This document shows positions 1-8,670 of a DNA stretch of 64,000 nt, piece after piece; within the stretch, counting starts at the first letter, position 1, and each line of letters opens with the position of its first letter. This DNA is from a virus (Duplodnaviria > Caudoviricetes). Under the pieces are notes generated by a model. That model did not search any database. It was not told the DNA's origin and saw only the letters and a list, made by a program, of their open reading frames with translations. Location of the stretch: the IMG/VR virus record IMGVR_UViG_3300034061_004620; one strand, written 5' to 3'. A program made the position numbers and the translations under genes.

Positions 1-240
1 AGTTTTAATTTTATAGAATTAGATAATGGACAATATGCAGCACAACCAAATAATCGTTGTCTATTCTTTGATGCAGCAAGTAACCCTACAGATATGAAAT
101 TTCCAGACTTTAAAGTCTGTACTCGAAAGTATGTAGTTGAACAAAATCCTAAATGGCGATTGGGTGACACTGATACAGTCATGTATGAAAAATCTCAACC
201 CAACGACGAATATTACGGAAAAAGCCAAAAATTCAAATAA
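1..240 (+). CDS. 5'-truncated hypothetical phage protein
   Basis: Frame 1 is open from base 1 (SFNFIELDNGQYAAQPNNRCLFFD...) to TAA at 238-240. Translated by hand. Confidence 0.6.
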   Translation, partial: SFNFIELDNGQYAAQPNNRCLFFDAASNPTDMKFPDFKVCTRKYVVEQNPKWRLGDTDTVMYEKSQPNDEYYGKSQKFK

Positions 241-258
241 TTATTCAAGGAGAAACAA

Positions 259-405
259 ATGGCAAAACCATCAACATCATCAAATAGAAAAACAATTAAA
301 CACGTAGTCAAACTCACCAGTCAAGGTGGTCGCAAAGCCAAAACCAGCGCACTAAACAAAAGTGAGAAGCGATCACACAAGGCCTATCGCGGACAGGGCA
401 GATAA
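259..405 (+). CDS. 48-aa basic protein ending YRGQGR
   Basis: AGGAG before ATG 259; MAKPSTSSNRKTIKHVVKLTSQGGRKAKTSALNKSEKRSHKAYRGQGR. Below the ORF-track size cut-off. Confidence 0.6.
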   Translation: MAKPSTSSNRKTIKHVVKLTSQGGRKAKTSALNKSEKRSHKAYRGQGR

Positions 406-422
406 ATACTCTTATTAGGGTA

Positions 423-863
423 ATGATTATGGATGAATTACAACGAGCACTTAAGATAGCATTCGCAAGTGAATATGCTTTTTACTTGAAAGCACACTAC
501 TTTCATTGGAATGTAGAAGGACCAAGTTTTCCACAATTACATGAACTTTTTGGTAAAATTTATGAAGAAGTTTATGGAAGCATAGACACTTTTGCTGAAG
601 AAATTAGAGCAACTCGTACTTATACACCAGGATCATTTACCAAGTTCAGTATTTTAAGTTTAATAGACGACGATGTTGAAGTTCTTCCTGCTGAATCCAT
701 GCTTTTTGAATTATTACAAGACAGTGAAAAAATGGAAGAAATGTTCAAAATTGTATTCAGAGCCGCAGAAGAACTGGGCATGCACGGATTAAGTGACTTC
801 TTGGCCAGCCGACAAGATGCTCATGCAAAACATTCTTGGATGTTACGCAGTACACTTAAATAG
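423..863 (+). CDS. dps: Dps/ferritin-like DNA protection protein
   Basis: HYFHWNVEG, LHELF, DTFAEEIR and HAKHSWML are Dps ferroxidase motifs; ATAAATA at 402-408 upstream. Confidence 0.9.
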   Translation: MIMDELQRALKIAFASEYAFYLKAHYFHWNVEGPSFPQLHELFGKIYEEVYGSIDTFAEEIRATRTYTPGSFTKFSILSLIDDDVEVLPAESMLFELLQDSEKMEEMFKIVFRAAEELGMHGLSDFLASRQDAHAKHSWMLRSTLK

Positions 864-866
864 TGT

Positions 867-2021
867 ATGTCTTATAAACTTCACTCAGAAATTGGAAAAA
901 ATTTCTGCTATGCTCCATGGACAAATATCCATATTAACACAACAGGAACATATAAAACCTGTTGTGCAGGTACAGAAGAAATTGGTGATTTAAGAATAAT
1001 ACCAATTAACGATCTGCTACAAAACCGCAAACTATCAAATATTAAAGATTCTGTTCACAATAACTTGGAACACAGCAATTGTAACATATGCCTACGACAA
1101 GAAAAACATAGCTCAGTAAGTGAACGTACATGGTACAACAACATTGCAGAGCATGAAATCATTGAAGTTAAAGATATCAATGCCACTAATCTACAAAATT
1201 TAGACATCCGTTGGTCAAATACTTGTAATTTAAGCTGTGTATATTGTGATCACGAAGCAAGCAGTCAATGGGCTATGTTGAAACAACAGCCAGTGCCAAG
1301 ACTTGATTATTCAAATACACTCCCAAGTATTTTAAATCTAATAGAAAATAACAAGTCAACAATAAAAAACTTAGCTTTATTAGGCGGCGAGCCATTATTA
1401 CAAAAAGAAAATGACAGTCTATTAGATGTCATTGGAGATCATGTTAATATCAATGTGATTACAAATTTAAGTGTACCATTGGAAAATAACAAAATCTTTA
1501 ATAAACTATTAGAAAAACATAATGTCATGTGGGATATTAGTTTCGAGACTGTAGAAGATCGTTTTGAATATGTGCGTAGAGGCAGTAGTTGGGATTTAAT
1601 TAGAAAAAATATCAAATATCTTATTGAGCTAACAAAAAACACCAAACATAATATTGGTATTACCAGTCAATATAGTGTTTATAATGCATTAAATTTATCC
1701 GAGTTACATCAATATTTTGCAGACAATAACTTACCATCTATTAGATGGAGTGAACTACATTATCCAGAAATTCTTAGCGTTTCAAGTTTGCCCCAATCGT
1801 ATATCAATAAGGCTATCGAAGAATTAAAACTTTCAGAATCGTATCATAATTCAATGCCTGTACAAAAACAATTTTTACAAGATATGGCAAATAGTTTAAA
1901 AAATTTAAAACCAACAAAGCTTAATTGTGATGATCTCAACAAATGGCACTTGGATCAAGAAACAAAGTATTGGCCAAACAGTCCACTCAAATTTTCCAAA
2001 CTTTGGCCGGAGTATTCGTAA
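867..2021 (+). CDS. Radical SAM protein with N-terminal SPASM/twitch-like domain
   Basis: CYAPW..TCC..CNIC, then CNLSCVYC (CxxxCxxC) and GGEP. Confidence 0.9.
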   Translation: MSYKLHSEIGKNFCYAPWTNIHINTTGTYKTCCAGTEEIGDLRIIPINDLLQNRKLSNIKDSVHNNLEHSNCNICLRQEKHSSVSERTWYNNIAEHEIIEVKDINATNLQNLDIRWSNTCNLSCVYCDHEASSQWAMLKQQPVPRLDYSNTLPSILNLIENNKSTIKNLALLGGEPLLQKENDSLLDVIGDHVNINVITNLSVPLENNKIFNKLLEKHNVMWDISFETVEDRFEYVRRGSSWDLIRKNIKYLIELTKNTKHNIGITSQYSVYNALNLSELHQYFADNNLPSIRWSELHYPEILSVSSLPQSYINKAIEELKLSESYHNSMPVQKQFLQDMANSLKNLKPTKLNCDDLNKWHLDQETKYWPNSPLKFSKLWPEYS

Positions 2022-2596
2022 TGACACAGTTAGTTTATATACATGGAGCTAATGCCACAAGTGAAAGCTTTAATTATCTTAGAGAACATATTGACGGAAA
2101 TGATTTAGTTATAAATTATGACAGCAGAAATGGATTCCAACACAACTTAGACGATATGTACAATCAATTAAAAGATATTCAAAATATATTTTTTATTTGT
2201 CATAGTCTTGGTGGTATATATGCTTTACATTTAGCCAATCGTATACCAAAAAATGTATTAGGCGCCGTTACAATTAGTACTCCGTATGGCGGTGCAGAAG
2301 TTGCAGATGTGGCAAAATATTTTTTACCATACAGTAGATTACTTAAAGATATAGGACCAAACAGTTGGGCAATGAGAGAGGCAAACAAAATCAAAGTAAA
2401 ACACCCGTGGTGTAATATTGTAACTATTAACGGAGACACGCCCTGGGTGATGGGAAAAAATGACGGGGTGGTTACAATTGCAAGTCAAAAACATCATGGC
2501 GAGGATATGGATTTAATTGAAGTTGCATATAATCATTATGAAGTGGTTCTGAGTGATCAAGTAATTAAAATTATTCAAGGAAGATTACCAAAATGA
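2021..2596 (+). CDS. Alpha/beta hydrolase
   Basis: YIHGA oxyanion motif, CHSLGG nucleophile elbow, NDGVV, NHYEVV; TAATG coupling to the upstream gene. Confidence 0.8.
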   Translation: MTQLVYIHGANATSESFNYLREHIDGNDLVINYDSRNGFQHNLDDMYNQLKDIQNIFFICHSLGGIYALHLANRIPKNVLGAVTISTPYGGAEVADVAKYFLPYSRLLKDIGPNSWAMREANKIKVKHPWCNIVTINGDTPWVMGKNDGVVTIASQKHHGEDMDLIEVAYNHYEVVLSDQVIKIIQGRLPK

Positions 2597-2772
2597 TAGG
2601 AGAAATATTGGTCTGGGGCTTTTTTAGTGCAATGGGTTGGATGGCAGCTAACTGGACTGTAGATCAAGTGTTGCCAGAAAAAACAGAAACACAGGTATGT
2701 ACGGAGTGGCGAGAAGAGCGTCAACCAGATGGCACTATGCAAAGAACCAGGACCTGTGAGCCCAAAAAATAA
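2593..2772 (+). CDS. 59-aa protein with hydrophobic N-terminus
   Basis: ATGA overlap; MIGEILVWGFFSAMGWMAANW...CTEW...TCEPKK. Translated by hand. Confidence 0.5.
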   Translation: MIGEILVWGFFSAMGWMAANWTVDQVLPEKTETQVCTEWREERQPDGTMQRTRTCEPKK

Positions 2773-2848
2773 GTCTTCACCTTAGGACCGTGAAGGCGCG
2801 GCTGCTGCGCTATCCAAAGGAGTCGTGCCCAGAGGATTAAAGTGAGCA
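2773..2848 (+). ncRNA. Candidate structured RNA (unassigned)
   Basis: GC-rich intergenic stretch with stems CTTCAC/GTGAAG, GCGC/GCGC and ATCC/GGAT. Confidence 0.35.
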
Positions 2849-2856
2849 AAGTTTTC

Positions 2857-2885
2857 TTGCAATTCTAAATATATTCATATACAAT
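2857..2885 (+). promoter_or_regulatory. sigma70-like promoter
   Basis: TTGCAA-N17-TACAAT; TAAATA lies in the spacer. Confidence 0.5.
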
Positions 2886-2910
2886 AGTATTTTTACACAT
2901 AGGAGATTTT

Positions 2911-3171
2911 ATGAGCTCACGTATGTTCTCTTCCGAACAAAAAGCTAAACTTACACAAATTATCAACGAAGGTATGACTATTATGCAAGAAGTCGAAGAC
3001 CTCAACGCTGGATTGAGTGACACAATTAAGGCTGTAGCAGAGGAAATGGAGATTAAACCTTCTATTCTTAAAAAAGCTATTCGTACTGCATTCAAATCAA
3101 AACTTGGTGAAGAGAACGCTGATAATGAAGAACTAAATACCATTCTTCAAACAGTAGGCAAAACTCTTTGA
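2911..3171 (+). CDS. Small dsDNA-binding protein (T4 DsbA/GapR-like)
   Basis: 86-aa helical protein, EVEDLNAGLSDTIKAVAEEMEIKPSILKKAI pattern; AGGAG RBS. Confidence 0.55.
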   Translation: MSSRMFSSEQKAKLTQIINEGMTIMQEVEDLNAGLSDTIKAVAEEMEIKPSILKKAIRTAFKSKLGEENADNEELNTILQTVGKTL

Positions 3172-3461
3172 TAGATTCTGTATCTGGAATAGCTACTTGG
3201 ATACGAGATGATTGGCGTAGTCATCCTTTGCGCTTTGTTGCCGAGCTGGTTGCTTGGGCTATTAGTCTTGGGTGTAGCGTTATCATGGCTGTCACCGTAC
3301 CAGACCCTCCCTTCATGGTTCTTTACCCTATGTGGATTACTGGCTGCGCTATCTATAGTTGGGCAGCTTATAGTCGTGGTAGTTTTGGCATGCTGGCTAA
3401 CTACCTCTTGCTTACTACCATTGACGCTTTAGGTTATATAAGAATACTTGCCAATGCTTAA
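3168..3461 (+). CDS. Hypothetical membrane protein
   Basis: Hydrophobic segments; ATGA coupling. Confidence 0.6.
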   Translation: MIDSVSGIATWIRDDWRSHPLRFVAELVAWAISLGCSVIMAVTVPDPPFMVLYPMWITGCAIYSWAAYSRGSFGMLANYLLLTTIDALGYIRILANA

Positions 3462-3562
3462 TATCTTTTTATCTATACTTGGCTATTGGATAGGTATGGG
3501 GGTGTTTATTGCTGGTTTAATGTGGTTGGCGCTACGATTTGCAATTGTTTGCGAGCAAATAA

Positions 3563-3591
3563 TTGACTTACTTTTTTATAAAAAATAAAAT
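3563..3591 (+). promoter_or_regulatory. sigma70-like promoter for the DNA polymerase gene
   Basis: TTGACT-N17-TAAAAT, 6 nt before ATG 3598. Confidence 0.5.
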
Positions 3592-3597
3592 ACACAC

Positions 3598-6258
3598 ATG
3601 AGTTATGTTGATGCATTATATGACCGGGGTCAGGATCGTATTCACATTGTTGAACGTGTCGGTAGTGAACGTGTATACAAGGAATATCCCGCGACCTATA
3701 TCTTTTACTACGATGACCCGCGTGGTAAATTTCGTACTGTGTATGGTACTCCTGTTAGCAGGTTTTCGAGTCGTTCGCAGAAAGAATTTCAAAAAGAACT
3801 ACGTATCAATTCTAACAAACGACTTTGGGAGTCGGATATTAATCCGGTATTTCGCTGTCTCGAAGAAAACTATCTGGGGGCAACATCTCCCCAGTTACAT
3901 ACTGCGTTTTTCGACATTGAGGTTGACTTTGATCCAGTAAGGGGCTTTAGTCGACCTGAAGATCCATTTAATCCAATTACTGCTATTAGTGTCTATCTTG
4001 ACTGGATGGACAAAATGGTCACGCTTGTTGTCCCTCCAAAAAGTTATAGTTGGGAGACTGCACAAGAAATTTGCAATCAATATGATAACTGTTTCTTGTT
4101 TGAACGCGAAGAAGATCTACTTAACACTTTCCTTGACATAATCGACGACGCAGACATACTAAGCGGTTGGAACTCAGAGGGTTTTGATATTCCTTACATG
4201 GTCATGCGTATTACTAAAGTATTAAGCAAAGACGATACACGTAGATTTTGTCTTTGGGGGCAACTGCCCAAGCAAAGAACATTTGAACGCTTTGGTGCAG
4301 AAAACTTGACTTTCGACTTGATTGGCCGAGTGCATATGGACTATATGCAACTGTATCGCAAATACACTTATGAAGAACGACACAGCTATAGTCTGGATGC
4401 CATTGGCGAATACGAACTCGATGAGCGTAAAACACAATATGAAGGTACGCTGGATCAACTATACAACAAAGACTTTCCTAAGTTCATTGATTACAACAGG
4501 CAGGATACCATGCTTGTTGCCAAATTGGATAAGAAATTAAGATTTTTAGATTTGGCCAATGAACTGGCACATGATAATACTGTATTGCTTCCTACTACAA
4601 TGGGAGCGGTAGCTGTAACCGAGCAGGCGATTATTAATGAAGCACATCAACGAGGTATGGTTGTACCTAATAGGAAAGGAAGAGATGACCAAGGAGACAC
4701 ACAAGCAGCAGGTGCCTATGTTGCTTTCCCCAAGAAAGGCATGCACGACTGGATCGGCGCAATTGACATCAACTCGCTCTACCCGTCAGCAATCCGCGCT
4801 CTTAACATGGCACAAGAGTCGATTATTGGACAACTCAGACCGATAATGACCGACAGATATATTCAAGACAAAATGGCCTCGGGCAGTAGCTTTGCAGATG
4901 CCTGGGAAAACATGTTTGGTAGTCTTGAATATACTGCTGTGATGAACGGCGAACCCGGAACAGAAATTACCATCGACTGGGAAGCCGGCGGCAGTGATGT
5001 CATGAGTGCAGCTGACATTTGGCGTATGGTATTTGACAGCAATCAACCTTGGATGATAAGTGCCAATGGTACAATTTTTAGTTATGAACAAAAGGCTGTA
5101 GTACCTGGATTGTTAGAGAGGTGGTATGCAGAACGCAAGGAATTGCAAGCCAAGAAAAAAGAAGCTACTACTAAAGAGGATCAAGCTTTCTGGGATAAAA
5201 GACAGCTGGTCAAAAAGATTAATCTTAACAGTCTCTACGGAGCAATTCTCAATCCAGGTTGTAGATTTTTTGACAAAAGAATTGGTCAAAGTACTACTCT
5301 CACCGGGCGTATTATTGCCCGACACATGGATGCGTATATCAATGAGTGCATATTCGGAGAATACGATCATGTCGGCAAATCCATCATCTATGGTGACACT
5401 GACTCATGCTATTTCACAGCTTGGCCTGCAGTTAGAAGCGAGGTTGAAGCGGGTAGAATGGAATGGAACAAAGACATCTGTGCCCAACTATATGATAGCA
5501 TCGCGGATCAAGTCAATGATTCCTTTCCTGCCTTTATGGAGCGAGCTTGTCATGTACCAAGATCAATGGGTACGCTCATCAAAGGAGGACGGGAACTTGT
5601 TGCTTCTAAGGGATTATTCATAAAGAAAAAACGCTATGCTGTGTTGATTTACGATCTCGAAGGCAATAGACTGGATACACATGGTAAGCCAGGCAAAGTC
5701 AAGGCCATGGGTCTCGATCTCAAGCGTTCTGATACTCCTAAAGTTGTGCAAGATTTTTTGAGCGAATTGTTACATGATGTACTGACCGGATCAGGACAAG
5801 AACATATATATGACAAAGTACGTGAATTTAAATTGTCTTTTCAGGATAGACCGGCATGGGAAAAAGGAACACCCAAGCGGGTCAACAATTTAACAAAGTA
5901 CACCAAGGAAGAAGAACGACTGGGTCGTGCAAATATGCCCGGTCATGTACGAGCTGCAATGAATTGGAATAACTTGCGTCGTATGCATGGCGACAACTAC
6001 AGTATGGCTATTGTGGACGGCATGAAAACTATTGTGTGCAAGCTTAAAGATAATCCACTGGGGTACACAAGCGTAGGATATCCCACAGACGAAAGTCATA
6101 TTCCTGCATGGTTCAAAGAATTGCCATTTGATGATTCAGAAATGGAGGCCACTATTGTTGACCAAAAAGTAGAAAACTTGTTAGGGGTATTGGAGTGGGA
6201 CATTCCAAATCATACAGATATTAAAACAACTTTTGATACGCTATTCACCTTTGAATAA
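3598..6258 (+). CDS. polB: Family B DNA polymerase with 3'-5' exonuclease
   Basis: DIEVD, GWNSEGFDIPY and YNRQD (Exo I-III); DINSLYPS, KINLNSLYG and YGDTDS (Pol A-C). No intein-sized insertion. Confidence 0.98.
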   Translation: MSYVDALYDRGQDRIHIVERVGSERVYKEYPATYIFYYDDPRGKFRTVYGTPVSRFSSRSQKEFQKELRINSNKRLWESDINPVFRCLEENYLGATSPQLHTAFFDIEVDFDPVRGFSRPEDPFNPITAISVYLDWMDKMVTLVVPPKSYSWETAQEICNQYDNCFLFEREEDLLNTFLDIIDDADILSGWNSEGFDIPYMVMRITKVLSKDDTRRFCLWGQLPKQRTFERFGAENLTFDLIGRVHMDYMQLYRKYTYEERHSYSLDAIGEYELDERKTQYEGTLDQLYNKDFPKFIDYNRQDTMLVAKLDKKLRFLDLANELAHDNTVLLPTTMGAVAVTEQAIINEAHQRGMVVPNRKGRDDQGDTQAAGAYVAFPKKGMHDWIGAIDINSLYPSAIRALNMAQESIIGQLRPIMTDRYIQDKMASGSSFADAWENMFGSLEYTAVMNGEPGTEITIDWEAGGSDVMSAADIWRMVFDSNQPWMISANGTIFSYEQKAVVPGLLERWYAERKELQAKKKEATTKEDQAFWDKRQLVKKINLNSLYGAILNPGCRFFDKRIGQSTTLTGRIIARHMDAYINECIFGEYDHVGKSIIYGDTDSCYFTAWPAVRSEVEAGRMEWNKDICAQLYDSIADQVNDSFPAFMERACHVPRSMGTLIKGGRELVASKGLFIKKKRYAVLIYDLEGNRLDTHGKPGKVKAMGLDLKRSDTPKVVQDFLSELLHDVLTGSGQEHIYDKVREFKLSFQDRPAWEKGTPKRVNNLTKYTKEEERLGRANMPGHVRAAMNWNNLRRMHGDNYSMAIVDGMKTIVCKLKDNPLGYTSVGYPTDESHIPAWFKELPFDDSEMEATIVDQKVENLLGVLEWDIPNHTDIKTTFDTLFTFE

Positions 6259-6280
6259 ATATCCAAAATGGTGATAATCA

Positions 6281-7237
6281 ATGAAGTTACATGAACTTAT
6301 CAATTTCAGAAACAGCTTACAAACAGCGATTGATTTAGAGTCTATGGCTTATGTTATCGAAAAAAACAAACAAAATCTTAAAACAGTTTCATATGGTGTA
6401 AATGAAGAATATCAAAAATCCATAGACAACATTATTAGTAAATATGATCAGATTCAAAAAGATTTATCTACCCCGTTAATTGATGCCAAAATATTGTTAG
6501 ACGAAATACAAAAAAAGATAACAGAATTAAGTTCTAAATTTTTTGAAAAAAACTATGATCTTGAAATGAGTTTTCCTGATAACGACATGTTACCACAAAA
6601 CATCAGAAACTATAGACACTGGCGTCGTATTAGAATGGACATCGACGACAGCCCTGATAAACACTTACTAAGTAGAATATATTTACACAGTAACTTTAAA
6701 TACCCTGCTCTTGAAATTGGTTGCAGAGATGGTGAATACACTCAATATTTAATTGCCAGTGATCCACTCTACATTGCTGACGTACATCAAGAATTTTTGG
6801 CATCAGCTGTAGAACATTATCACGATCAATACAAATCGCGTGTGAGGAAATATTTGATTAAAGATAATAAAATTGACAATTTGCCTTTTAATCAATTTAA
6901 CTTTATTTTTAGCTACAATTTTTTTAACTATTTAAGTTTTGATAGTATCAAGCAGTGGATGCTATCTGCGTATCAATGGTTACGACCAGGCGGAGTAATT
7001 CTTTTTACTTACAATAACTCCGACATCGGTGTTGGAGCGGCCTATGCCGAAAGTTGCTTCATGAGTTACGTGCCTCGAAGCATGTTGGTACCCATGTGTG
7101 AAAGTATTGGATTTGAGTTGATTGATCATCGCGATTACGATCCAAACATATCCTGGGTAGAATTTAGAAAACCCGGCGAACTGAAAACTATCAAAGCTTC
7201 ACAGGCACTTGGCGAAATAAAAAATATCAACCATTGA
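6281..7237 (+). CDS. Class I SAM-dependent methyltransferase-like protein with N-terminal helical extension
   Basis: LEIGCRDG, FIFSYNFF and WLRPGG motifs. Confidence 0.7.
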   Translation: MKLHELINFRNSLQTAIDLESMAYVIEKNKQNLKTVSYGVNEEYQKSIDNIISKYDQIQKDLSTPLIDAKILLDEIQKKITELSSKFFEKNYDLEMSFPDNDMLPQNIRNYRHWRRIRMDIDDSPDKHLLSRIYLHSNFKYPALEIGCRDGEYTQYLIASDPLYIADVHQEFLASAVEHYHDQYKSRVRKYLIKDNKIDNLPFNQFNFIFSYNFFNYLSFDSIKQWMLSAYQWLRPGGVILFTYNNSDIGVGAAYAESCFMSYVPRSMLVPMCESIGFELIDHRDYDPNISWVEFRKPGELKTIKASQALGEIKNINH

Positions 7238-7262
7238 CAAATCTAAATAGATTTGTTATATT
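7234..7262 (+). promoter_or_regulatory. sigma70-like promoter containing a 9-bp inverted repeat
   Basis: TTGACA-N17-TATATT; ACAAATCTA-AA-TAGATTTGT at 7237-7256. Confidence 0.6.
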
Positions 7263-7285
7263 AACAACTATTATTGGAGAAACAC

Positions 7286-8008
7286 ATGAAAGATTATTTA
7301 CACGATATCGTACAACACACTCACGGTCTTGGTTTTATTGATTTGATTAAAATTACCGGCACAGACTCTACAACAACTATTGATGCAGTTAGCGAAGATA
7401 GAATTGCCATTATTCAGGCTCAATTTCACAATCCTGTTCCAGAATTCATTGGCACATTTGGCATGCCAAACTTGGGTAAACTGAATACCATTCTCAACAT
7501 TCCTGAATACAAAGAAGATGCCTCTATTGTAATGACTCAAAAGAATGATGGCGAACCTGACGGAATTTCATTTAAAAATAAAAATGGTGATTTTAAAAAT
7601 GATTATCGACTGATGACTGCCAATGTAGTTAACGATAAATTAAAGACCGTAAAATTCAAAGGTGTCAAGTGGGGAGTAGAAATTGAACCAAGTGTAGCTG
7701 CCATTCAAAGATTAAAATTTCAAGCACAAGCAAACAGCGAAGAAACAACTTTTATTGCCAAAATTGAAAACAACAACTTGATATTTTATTTTGGTGATCA
7801 TAGTAGTCATGCTGGTAATTTTGTGTTTGCACACGATGTAGCAGGATCGCTAACCAAAGCATGGAATTGGCCGGTAGCTGCGGTAATTAGTATTTTAAGT
7901 CTACCAGGAGATAAAATGATTCGTTTCAGTGACGAAGGTGCTGCACAAATCACTGTTGATTCAGGTCTTGCGATCTACAATTATATTTTGCCAGCACAGA
8001 CTAAGTGA
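7286..8008 (+). CDS. Putative sliding clamp (gp45-like)
   Basis: GGAGA RBS before ATG 7286; about 240 aa, beta-rich two-part pattern, near polB. Family inferred from size, pattern and context. Confidence 0.55.
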   Translation: MKDYLHDIVQHTHGLGFIDLIKITGTDSTTTIDAVSEDRIAIIQAQFHNPVPEFIGTFGMPNLGKLNTILNIPEYKEDASIVMTQKNDGEPDGISFKNKNGDFKNDYRLMTANVVNDKLKTVKFKGVKWGVEIEPSVAAIQRLKFQAQANSEETTFIAKIENNNLIFYFGDHSSHAGNFVFAHDVAGSLTKAWNWPVAAVISILSLPGDKMIRFSDEGAAQITVDSGLAIYNYILPAQTK

Positions 8009-8670
8009 TAGTACATCCGTTACGTAATAATTATTGGACCCGAAGAGGTTACGTAACTGGTACGTGTATGTATCACAGTGAACTTAAACAGTGCTATATT
8101 AACATTCCAAAAAATGCAAGTAGTTTTTTAAGGGAAGTGTTTAAAGATACCGGTTGGAAACACATGCATCTTGGAATGACTATGGATATAGAAAACTACA
8201 TAGTAATATTACGTGATCCGGTTGAAAGATGGATTACGGGAATAGCGCAACATATCACAACCAACATCTTAGGTGAAAATTTTGGTAGTACACATTATCT
8301 TGAACAAAGTAATGAATTAGTCGATCGTTTGATTTTTGATCAAATAGTATTTGATGATCATACTGAACAGCAATCATGGTTTTTAGAACCATTTGATCTT
8401 AAAGATGGTGTATTTTTTTATTGTGATGCAAATCTCAATCAAAATCTTGATAGTTATTTTGATTATAAATTTAAATTCGCCAATAGGCCTTATGTGAATA
8501 CAAGTGCATCGCAGTTTGATAATCAGAACTTAGTTGCTTATTTCAAGAAGCTTGTATACAATAACAAAACATATTATAATAGAATTAAATCCTACTTTCT
8601 CAGAGATTACGACTTAATAAACTCTGTAAACTTCTATGACTCAAGACAATCTTACAGCCAAACAAAATGA
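8005..8670 (+). CDS. Sulfotransferase family protein
   Basis: YINIPKNASS (5'-PSB loop) and ILRDPVERWITG (3'-PB). Confidence 0.75.
   Translation: MIVHPLRNNYWTRRGYVTGTCMYHSELKQCYINIPKNASSFLREVFKDTGWKHMHLGMTMDIENYIVILRDPVERWITGIAQHITTNILGENFGSTHYLEQSNELVDRLIFDQIVFDDHTEQQSWFLEPFDLKDGVFFYCDANLNQNLDSYFDYKFKFANRPYVNTSASQFDNQNLVAYFKKLVYNNKTYYNRIKSYFLRDYDLINSVNFYDSRQSYSQTK

Noticed and set aside
3598-6258. Intein or intron in the DNA polymerase
   Set aside because: Motifs are continuous at normal spacing in 886 aa.
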